DNA from: Haplodiscus bocki
Lineage: Eukaryota
Direction: 5' to 3'
Length of the DNA: 64,000 bases
Assembly: GCA_965655095.1 (NCBI GenBank)
Contig: OZ296650.1
Span: forward strand, 108,128,001 to 108,192,000
Shown here: one piece after another, positions 24,301 to 34,500 of the stretch
Layout of the letters: the number at the start of each line of letters is the position of its first letter
Numbering within the stretch: position 1 is the first letter of the stretch
Notes under the pieces: generated by a model
Told to the model about the DNA's origin: nothing
Database searches by the model: none
The model's input: the letters and a program-made list of their open reading frames with translations, nothing else
Made by a program: the position numbers and the translations under genes

Positions 24301-25682
24301 ACGCCGAAGAACTACACACGTTTTGAATTTGAAGCTCTCAAAATCGCTGTTATTGCTAAACAATGCGGCGAAAATTCTAAGGCATCCTGTTTTGCCTCTC
24401 AAAAATCAGAAGTGACACTTCCAAATCTGCTGAATTGACCATTTTAGGTTCATGCCTGGACTTATCTGAACGAAATGACGCAATTTCAACTCTGATGTTT
24501 GAACTGAATGTCAACATTTCAGATGATTGACAAGCGCGGTAAAAAAATTCAAAAGCATTCCGACGACTAGTTTACTAATTTTAGCAATTCTGAGAGCTGG
24601 AATTTTAAACGTATCGTTTTTGGGTCACCTATTATATTCAAGATGTTTAATATTCAAGACAATGAAGACCTTGATATGTAAAATATGGCTTTTCAGGAGG
24701 TTGTTGTTCATTTTTTCAGACCATATGTTCACAAAATTAGCGCTTTTGCATTGCGAAAACAAACAACTACCTGCCAAAAGAAGCGATTTCTGATCGTTTT
24801 CACTACACTGCTAGATTATCTGATGAAGTCATAAAAATCGAGTTTTGGTCGGGATAAAAAATTATGCGCAAACCGGTTTCCAATACACAGTCTTTCAGTC
24901 AAAATGTGTAAAAACGACTTTAACGAACGACGAAAAAGAATGTGTTCAATTTTAAGTTTTCGCAATAAACTCACGAAACAGACTGCCCGAGCTACTTCGC
25001 AGAACCTTAGGACTGTGAATAGTTGAATCAACACTAGATGAACCCAATCCGACAATTAGTCATTGAGAAAGGTTACGAACGAAGCGGAAAAAGAAATTGA
25101 TTTTCCAAATACAACTCCGATTTTCCGAGATTTCAAATACGTACCTCTGTAGTTCATTTCATTCATCATTCGAAACGCCAAAACAAGCTTGACATTAAGC
25201 CACGTGAAAATTTTGACAGGCAGCAACGCGGCCTAAACAAACTTTTTCAATGCATCCTTTGCCACCGAACGTATATTTTGCGAGTTGGAGATGCACGGAA
25301 AAACAAAAGTCGTCCGTAGTACACTTCACTCGCTCGCTCTTGTAATGAAAGTTTCGAATAACAACATCTAATGAACGCATCGAGAGTAAAAGACCAGGTA
25401 TTAAGTACTGTGAAGGTATTTCCATCATGCAGATGGCAAATAACTTGGTTAGTCAATTATACTTCTCTGTGAACCACAGCAGACTGCGCTTAATATGTAT
25501 CCGAATACTTTGAATATCGATTTCATTTGTACGGAAATTGAATTTGGAACCCATTCTGAAGATGAATGAACTCTTATTACGATTGCATTAATTCATAATT
25601 CTCATTCGTACATTTTCATTCCGTAACCAGTGTTACGAGTTAGCAGGATTCCGCAGTATATAAATTTCAAAAGATCACTTAC

Positions 25683-25881
25683 TCATCGATATCGCCGGTC
25701 AATTCATCATAGGCAGTGTCGTAATCTTCCATCGGTTTATCGTCGTAATAATCCACAGACACGTGCTTGTACTGCAGCCGGCTGAACGAGTTATCCAGAC
25801 AAAACTGGAAACCACCCTCTTCTTCTATTGGCACCGACAACGTATCCCTGGATTTTCTGTTTGCACTGTACAACATCTTGC
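25683..25881 (-). CDS. p24/TMED family protein, exon 2 (second GOLD cysteine)
   Basis: Acceptor ctttcag, phase 1. EEEGGFQFCLDNSFSRLQYKHV matches the GOLD GxYxFCFDNxFS motif. Donor GA|GTAAGT, phase 2. Confidence 0.92.
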
Positions 25882-26952
25882 CTGAAAGTACAGATGTGAA
25901 ATTATTCTATTTTTAGTCGGCGCTTATGAGAAAAGTGGCCAACTAATACTGGCTTCGTTTTTCTAAAATTGAGTGAAACTTAATGCTTATGATTTAACTT
26001 TTTTCGTCGCACTTTGCATCGCAGATACTGGCATGAGTGACGGACTGAGCAATGGTGAGCGCTAAAGTGAACTGGATAGTTCTTTCTTATTATTTATTCC
26101 TATTCTTTCGTATCTACTTTCTCCTTTTCCCTCAAGCTAGAGATAACTCCACTGATTACTCTTAGACTTCAACTATTTGTGGCATTCGGAGCGTATAGTT
26201 CCATACAGTCCTGTCATTAAAAAAATGGAACATAAGGAACATTTTTTCAATAAATCTTGACATAATTAAAACATTTCAACCAATTTGGCAAAAATTTCCT
26301 TTTTTTGAACATAACATCCCTCAACTTCTGGAAGCCAAAACGTGCATTTTAACCAAGAAAAATCTGTCACTCTTGAGGAAATAGCCTGTTTAGACAAAAA
26401 AAAATGGGTATAGCACTTTTTGCATCCAACTTGTCAATATTCTTTGCAATTTTTGGCAGTTTCGAAAATTCAAATAGGCTAAAGCCCGCGAGGTAACAAG
26501 ATATTGGTTCAGGTTAAAAGAAAATTGAAAATATAGTTTCTTGGATGCGCTAATAAGATTTTAGAGAAAAATGTCAAAAATGACAAATAAAGAGTGGTTT
26601 GCTAACCATCTAGTATCAGGACTTTCAAGCTTTTGAGATCAATTTTGGACACAAATCTTGGAAGGCAAACAATAAGAAGAGATTGCGTTAACAAAACCCT
26701 CAATAGCTTGCCTACATTGACTATAAAACGACTAAGTCCCCTTTTTGTTTTTCACAGCCTTATGTTCCATTTCGTTATCACAGTACTCGTCCATTTACTT
26801 TGTGTCTTGTTTTCTGGTTCTTCCGAACGGTGACCATCGCTCGCGTCTAAACTTTGCTGATTCCCAAAGCGACAAAAAACTGATAACTATTCAAAACGTC
26901 GATATTCAACCAGTAGACCATTGTACACTCCGAAATTTTCAACGCCTTGATT

Positions 26953-27014
26953 AGTCTGCAATTTTGAGGCGATGGGAACTTTGAGTCTGCAATTTCGAGG
27001 CGATGGGAACTTTG
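26953..27014 (+). repeat. 31-bp tandem duplication
   Basis: agtctgcaatt(t/c)gaggcgatgggaactttg x2, one mismatch. Confidence 0.85.
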
Positions 27015-27813
27015 GCAAAATTCTAACTCACCAATCTTATTCACTATTCTAAGTTCGTGGCGTTTTTGCGTTGCACCCTTGGCAGTTTTTGGTAGTTTTA
27101 ATAACAAGAGTTGAATCAGTGCTTTTTGGAATTGGTTGAATTCATAATTGGTAGTCAATTTCTTCGGACACAATTGCGTAATATTCGAATTTCCAACTTA
27201 ACTTATTGCTCCCGATTTTTATTAAAAACCGAGGTTCCACGCCAAAATAACCGAGGCGAGAATGCCCAAAGTCACCAACTATCCAATTCCAAAATACCCA
27301 GAGTCCAAAATATCACAGGCCAAAAATTTTCATGTCCCAAACACCCAAGGTCAAACTACCCAAGATTGAATCAACCATAACTAATGAAAAACTCACAAGC
27401 GTTGTCAGAATTCCGTATTTGATATTGTAAATATGATGCTAAATATCATTGCTCCTTACATTAAAATTCTATACGCCACTATATATACACAGCACAAAAT
27501 TACTAAAACATCTGCCATCTACTTTTCAAAAACTGACTATTTTGAAATTTAAAGTCATTGAAAACATGCACCAAAATTTATGGCAAAAACGCAGATAAAT
27601 CCAAGTGAGGGGGGGGGGGGGTGGTACCGCAATTTTGTTTCAGTTCCAAAAATTTTGTGGGAATATCACAATTTTGTCTCGTAGCGCCGAAAAGTTTGTG
27701 GGGTACGCTTGAGTGTTTTTAAACTTGTGCAAGCAAGTGTTATAACACAGTCCTGGAATTTTTTTCCGATCCATTCACAACTGACACAAGATCCTAGATT
27801 TGACCAAGGAAAG

Positions 27814-27890
27814 CGGAGTGGCCTAGGCTCGACCCTGGGACCTTTCGCGCAGTAGTTGCTAGCTCTACTTCTTTAGCTATTTGTGCTCGA
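27814..27890 (-). repeat. Degenerate tRNA-derived (SINE-like) head in TMED intron 1
   Basis: Minus strand: TAGCTAAAGAAGTAGAGC (A-box/D-arm-like) ... AAGGTCCCAGGGTCGAGCCT (B-box/T-arm-like). Confidence 0.45.
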
Positions 27891-29199
27891 GAAGGGCAAT
27901 TTTATGTTAAATAAAAAGCGAATCAACTAATGTTCCGTTCGGTTCCTGCTTATAACTTTTGTACAAAAGTTTATAAGAATTACCTGATTTAAATTTCTGC
28001 TTAATCAGTAGTTTTTGTAGTACCGTGACCCCTTTAAAGTAGTTATACTTGTTCGATTTGTTCACTAGTATTCAGTTTGCGCAAGTTTTGCGAAGCACAA
28101 TTTCACCTCTGTGTTTAGAAAATGTTCAAAAGTTTTTGTCTTCTTTAAATGGCAAATTTTAAATCTTTGGACGGCCACGAACAAATGAAAATTATTAATC
28201 CCGAAAATTACGATTTCAGAAAAATGTTTTCGAGACAAGAATTAAGGAGTTTTGGAAACCGTTTATTTTCATAACGAAACTCAGTTTTAATACTATAATA
28301 TTTTTCAAAATCTTTTCGACAGAAACCAAATCGTGATACCAAACCCCCCTTCTGTATATCAATTTTTTGTGCCCCGTGGCTGTTTTTCTGTTTAAGGTAA
28401 ACTTTGTAAATATTTTGATTTGTGGCATTTCAGTCTGACACCGCCAAAGCATCATTACTATGGTAAATAGTAGCGTCCTGAAACTTCTGACGTTAAGACG
28501 CTGTTAATTATTTAGTATGATTATTTTAATCTTGGTTATTTTGAGCTTGGGTATTTCGTGTTAGAGCATTTCATCCTGCCACCGCAACAGATGCTTCGAA
28601 TCAAACATTTTGTCAATTCTGATCCGATCCTTGTTTCCACAACCACACAAATTTAGCAGCCGCAAGAGCAACTTAAGCATCTTCAAATCATCGGTTCACA
28701 GAGAACAAGCCACAGCGGCCCAAGTCGGCGGCACTCGTAAGGTTCCAAATCCTTCTCGGGGAACCTTTGATGTGTTCAAGTACATTCAATGCATTGAAAG
28801 AGGAATATCACAATCTTTTTCCTCGAAAAAGTCCCATTGCGGAAAACCATGGTCGTGCTTTGAAAATTTTATGTTTGCATTTCTCGTTGGTGGTACTTGT
28901 GTTTCTTGAGTTCTGACCACTCTTCTCGTTTTCAATACAAAATATCAGTTCTTCCTTTGTTTCAAATAACCAATGAAAATAAAACTAGTCTCTGTGAGAG
29001 GCTGGCACTTTTCATACTGCAGTATCGGCTAAAACTGCGAAGTTTACCCACAAAAGAGATTTGTTTTAGAAAATTAGACGCAACTTTACCACGTTTTCCC
29101 TCTGAAGCGCATTAATTTTGATTTGAGTTTTCAAATCACATGAATCTGGATTCAACTAGAAGTGGTTTTTGCATTTTTTTACGACTTTCGCAAGCCTAC

Positions 29200-29398
29200 C
29201 TGAAGGTGCAATGATTTGTACGTTTATGTCCAAGTTGCCACCCTGGTAGACGTCGAAGTCGAACTCCAGGGTCCTTCCAGGGATCAAGTCTTCCATGAAA
29301 CAGTTTCTAACTCCTGCTGGAAGAATGGTAATGAATGAATTGTCAACTGCCACGCAGAATGCAACAAGCATGGCCAAAAGAGGAGCCACTAACAACAT
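29200..29398 (-). CDS. p24/TMED family protein (gamma-type), exon 1: signal peptide and start of GOLD domain
   Basis: MLLVAPLLAMLVAFCVAVD signal peptide; FITILPAGVRNCFMEDL...EFDFDVYQGGNLDINVQIIAPSG is the GOLD N-terminal signature. Donor G|GTAGGC, phase 1. Confidence 0.92.
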
Positions 29399-29930
29399 CT
29401 CAAAACCTAAAACAAGTCAACAACTCGTTCGGCAAATCGTTTTTACGCCGAGTTTAAAGGCTCAACAGCTACTTCACGGCCGAATTTTTACGGTATCAAA
29501 CACCCACTTTATGCGCCTTCGCTACCTTCACTTTTCAATGGAAGTGTTTCCATTTGGATCAGTTGAAAACAAAAATGCGATTTTTTTTGTCCAAGAATGC
29601 TTCGTGCAAACTGGTCAGAAAATTGAGCCGCCTGTTCTGATGACCTATTCCATCAATTTGACTTTTCTCGACCTCCATTGGACCGGACAACTTTCTTCAC
29701 CGGTAACATTCTAAGTCTGGTTTTCTTGTGCAGACTGAGAAGACTTTTAATAATGAATTATTTCTCAGAATATTCTACATATCCAAGGTGTGTTAATAAT
29801 AAAGAATACAGTTATCACTGATTTATTGTTTTTGTGTCCTGGAATATCATCCATTAGTGTTGTTAGAAATGCATCTTCTGATGCAATAACTAATTCTTTC
29901 TTCACAGCCCCTATCTGTCTAGTTTCTTCT

Positions 29931-30266
29931 TCAGGCCCAGTTAACGTGCCTCTTATGGAAGAAGGGCAAGTAGATGTAGTGCATTCCAATGTAGTATGCG
30001 AAGTGAGGGATAATGAAGATGCCGAAAATCACATACAGCCCAATTTTGTGATCCTTGGGGGTGAGTCGCTTGTAGCTGCTGCTGAAGCCCTCCAGAAGCT
30101 CGGCTCTGCTGTAGGTCAAGGCTGGTTTGCCAGGAACCCGGGTGAGAAATGCCCGTGCAGATGCAGGCAGTTTGGATTCGCTGCTGGTAGCGGATTCAGC
30201 AGCAGTTGCCAAACCTCTGGCAACATTGATTCGCAATTTTTGCAGCAGTTGCCGACTTCCCAACAT
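29931..30266 (-). CDS. Small single-pass mitochondrial protein, possibly a divergent cytochrome c oxidase subunit 8 (COX8-like)
   Basis: 111-aa ATG ORF. Arg/Leu-rich, acid-free N-terminus with RGL|A cleavage-like site; one hydrophobic helix LTPKDHKIGLYVIFGIFIIP. Splice acceptor tttttcag 2 nt before ATG; AATAAA at 29827-29822. Confidence 0.7.
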   Translation of the reverse strand: MLGSRQLLQKLRINVARGLATAAESATSSESKLPASARAFLTRVPGKPALTYSRAELLEGFSSSYKRLTPKDHKIGLYVIFGIFIIPHFAYYIGMHYIYLPFFHKRHVNWA

Positions 30267-31242
30267 TTCTGAAAAAGAGCAAAATTATGTTTATATAGTT
30301 TTAGTGCTCTTGACTTATCGCTTACAGCGTCGAAAAAATTAAGTAAAAGCGCTGAGCCGATAATTTTGGAAAAGGTACAAAATGTCTCGCATATGCTACA
30401 ATGATTCTTTTAAAGTATGCTTTCGGCTCAGCCAATAACAGGAACTGCCACAATGAGGGGAAAACAAGGTCAAAATTGATAGTGTGGAATTCTCCAAGTT
30501 GCAGCAGTTTTCAGAAAAGCAGTTAGAAAAGATGTTTTTTCGTCGTCAGTCATTCAATCACTGGTTATAAGATAACCTACTAATTTACAGCTTGAATTTT
30601 GAATTTGAGTCAACATCCGTTATATGACGAAAACATTGTAGAAGCACCCATGTGAACGATCACTGATGAGAAAGCTTGAACACTCAGAATCATTAACAAA
30701 GCCAGAAAAAGGCGATCCTTCGTGATTAAATTGCTGATGGATACACAGACAGAAACGTTATATATACTAGATACACGTGATTACTTCTCAATATAATTCT
30801 GGCTTTTAATGAAATGTGCGGTGAACAAAATCGAAGTCAATTTTTTTTCCTAAAATGAAGATTTTCATCCAAAATGAAAAAGAAGAACCAAACTCTGATC
30901 CACAAGATCGTCACCGGCCAGCTTTCAATTGAGTAGCAGATGAACTACACCGAATTGATAGCTTTCAAGAAAAAGTCTTTGAAGTTGACCAACAAACGCG
31001 ATTTCGGACCAGGTTTGAAACAACAAAAAACAAAACGCAAAAATTCGTTCCACTTTATAATGACCAAATATATGGTTGGGTTCTATAAAAATGTTTTGTA
31101 ATATGTGCAATAAAATTAAAACCCAAAAACTAAATTACATTGTTTCCCACGGATTTTCTCCACGTGGTAAAAACTTCAACAAAACTTCAAAAATAGAACT
31201 CTGAGCACAAATTATTTTAACGAAAATTCCTGAGACGAAAAT

Positions 31243-31536
31243 TTATTTCGTGGTTTTTCCAGTCACTGCTTCCAAAAGTTTTGCAGTTTCTTCTGGGTTT
31301 TTAGCCATTGCTTCTCTCGCTTGAGACTCGGCCTGTTTGAATTTGTCAATTCTGTAACTTCTAATGAAATGTTTCACCCAATAACGGGGACACGCTTCGT
31401 TGAAAGATTTGAGATAGTCGGAACACTTTTGCTCGCCCACTGCGGGGTCTTTGTAGGAATTCAAACATCCCAAATAGAGATCTCGCGCCATCCAACAGTT
31501 TTCACGTTCAGTCTTGTTCAAGGTTTGAGAAGGCAT
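31243..31536 (-). CDS. COA6: Cytochrome c oxidase assembly factor 6 (COX6B/COA6 family)
   Basis: MPSQTLNKTERENCWMARDLYLGCL...KCSDYLKSFNEACPRYWVKHF has CX9C-X13-CX10C with the R..CW.ARD.Y..CL and CP..WV.HF motifs typical of COA6. True ATG at 31536; the track's GTG start is an upstream extension. Confidence 0.88.
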   Translation of the reverse strand: MPSQTLNKTERENCWMARDLYLGCLNSYKDPAVGEQKCSDYLKSFNEACPRYWVKHFIRSYRIDKFKQAESQAREAMAKNPEETAKLLEAVTGKTTK

Positions 31537-34500
31537 TTTGCAACAGAGAAAAACTATCGGCACCTTCACAATAACTGCATCATCATTCAGCTCTGAAATA
31601 AGATTTAAAATGTTACAGGAAACGAACAGCAGTCTTGTGATATTATCTTCTTTGAAAAATCATTTTGTTCTCACGACAAATTACGAGAGAGGCTGTCAAA
31701 CAAGGGTTTGTTCGACACGGTCAAAATAAAACAAGTACATGCTACTGAGTGATACTATACAATTGGATTATTGTAAGATATGTGATCTCAGCAATCAAAC
31801 CAAGAAAATCATTGAAAATCGTTAAGATTCGTCAAAAATCAATTGAATTAACGCCAAAATTCAACATCTATAAATGTAACGGCGAGAAATTCAAGTCAAA
31901 CTGGTTTCAACCAAAACCATCTTCTACACAGATCCCAAGCTGCACCAAACACACAATCGTGATGAAGATGAGAAACGGCATCGACTAATTGCCCAGCAAA
32001 GGAAGTGCAAACTTGATTCTTGAAAACTTTCATTAAAAATTTACTGGAGAACGAGCAAGCGAACATACACATGCCCAGAAGTAATCATACTTACCAGGAT
32101 TTGAGCTACGCATTCGATGTCTGCAAAACAATCCTTAGTCGCCGGGAAAACAATTTTACAGCCGAAAAAAAATTAAAACTTGTCAAATTGCAAGATAAGA
32201 TACAAGAAAGACCATCAGAAGCCGAAGACAGGCCAACACGCACAAATTTGTTTGTGATTTCAAACAACATGTCGAAGACAAATCGCGCCAAAAAAAGTAC
32301 GTTCCTACTACTCAGTACAGTCCTTGAAATTCTATCCTTAGAATGAGCATTGGTTACCCCCAATCCAACTGAGACTCTTGAAAAACACGTCAGAGAAAAA
32401 GTTCAGCAGATTGACCCGGGTAAAAAAATCGAAATACAACTGAGTCAAGATATTTCGTAACTAAACATTGAAGACACTGAAATTGGAAAATTGCATTAGA
32501 GCATTAGCTCTGTGAGAAAACCTATTCCATTCATACGACGAAGAGTCTAATGAATTTGGAGCATACGGAGTTAAATAAACGCCAATCCTAAACTTTTTTT
32601 TTCATTTCCAACATCACAACTTCCTGATAATAACTTCGTGATAATCTACACCTTTAGAGCCTAGATAACAGCTAGGTTTTCCAAACAACCTCGACGGCAA
32701 CTTTAGGTAGAATCAAATGTACTTCCAGCCAAATGAAAAAACGGTCCATGGCTTGAAAGAAAAGAAAAAGAACGACAATTCCAAAAATTGTAAAATTTTG
32801 GCAAAATTTTAGAGAAAAGTTCTTGGAACAAAAATTCCGAAGCATTTTTTTGATAGAATATGTGGCTATCGAAGAGTGCAAAAAAAACTTTTCATTTCCC
32901 TGTGGAGACAAAACTCAAACATTTACGCTGTTACATACATTCACTCACCAAAATTTTTTCTCGCCATAAAGCATGTACCCCCGAGCCAGCTAGCGGCTGT
33001 ACACAAGCTACCTTCCTCCGAACAACGCTGCTGCAACGAAGAAGCAATGTGGACACAAAATCCAGCAATTAGAGTTGTTCACGGTCGCAAAAAAAGTTCC
33101 ACCGTATCCGGGCTGAAGACACTTGCTATAGTAATTGCAACGCAGGAGCGGAGCGGGGTCTCGCAAAGCTAGCGACACGGAAGCCCCTACATCTGAAGCT
33201 TCACCACATCGACAGTTCAAAGAAATCACTTCCGAGAATATCTATCCTATACATTTTTACACTATTTCGAAGTTCAAATTTAGATAATTTGCAAATAAAG
33301 TATGAAAATTGACATCCCTGGCTTTCGGCAGCTTTTTAGGACTCTGAGTAGAGGCGTTAAGAGCGGAGCGTTGCCATCCAATAAACAATGTGCAGAAAAA
33401 TCACTCCAAAACATGAAGCTGCCAAAACTCATCAAGTATTCGAAGTATGAAATGAAACACTTTCTGGAGTTTTTGAGGAGATCCGTGGTTTTCAGCAGCT
33501 TTTTTTCAGCTGCCAGAGCTTGGAACAAAATTGAATAATTGGAAGCGAAACAATAGTGATCGAAACGGAGTCATTTTCAAAAACATTAGACGACCAAAAA
33601 AAGTTACCCAAATGTCGGGAATCAACTTATTGAAAATATCCAGAAAACGTACGAAAACGAAAATCCCCGGGGCTTTACTGAATTCACGATTCGCAAACAG
33701 TTGCATTAAGAGTGGAGTGCTGCTGATCCAATCAACTTTTTAGGCAAACGCTTTAGAAAACATCAAAAGATCTCCACCTTTAGAGAACGTTTCCAGCTTT
33801 CCGAGAAATCTTTTTTCATTTGCTTCGTTTCCAAAGATTGTGAACCACAACGCCGTATCCAGATACTCTCTCAGATAAGGATTTTGAACTATTTCGCATT
33901 TTTAACTCAGTAACCACTCCCGTCATTTAGCATGCTCTGGAATCTCCAGGTACGCAGGTCGGGAAAATCTCTAGAATTTTTTCATTTCTTCCGATCTCAC
34001 AGCCATAGAAAAGCCAGGCTTTTGTTGCCCGTGTACCAACACGAATTTTGAATGAAACCTTCAAATACTTCATCTTCCCCGGCTTTCCCCTTACTTTTCC
34101 TAACCTATACGCAAAGTTGAAAATTTTATGTTTTCAGAATTTTTGCTATTCCCTTCATTCACATGGCGTAAAAATGGCCATTTCTTTGCCTGAACACTAC
34201 CCGTCAATAGATTTGAACGATATTCTACATTTCAGTTACGCCGATCACTTTCACTATTTAGCATACCCTCGCTTACCAATGAAACGAAGTTGGAAAAACC
34301 TCAATATTTTCGACTATTTTTTCATTCCGTTCCGACAGCTTTGGATCAGCCAGGCCGTGTACAGAGAAAACTCAGGACTAGAATTGAAAACCACCTGAAC
34401 CTGACCTCCCTTTAACGCAACTAGTTTTCCTTAGAATGAATACCTTCAGGGGATCATGAGACAAATTTTCGTTTTCCTTTAATTTGTGCCGTGTTACCGA

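Noticed and set aside
29790-30272. 160-aa plus-strand ORF, and likewise 29295-29714
   Set aside because: Antisense shadows of the COX8-like ORF and TMED exon 1; no independent motifs.
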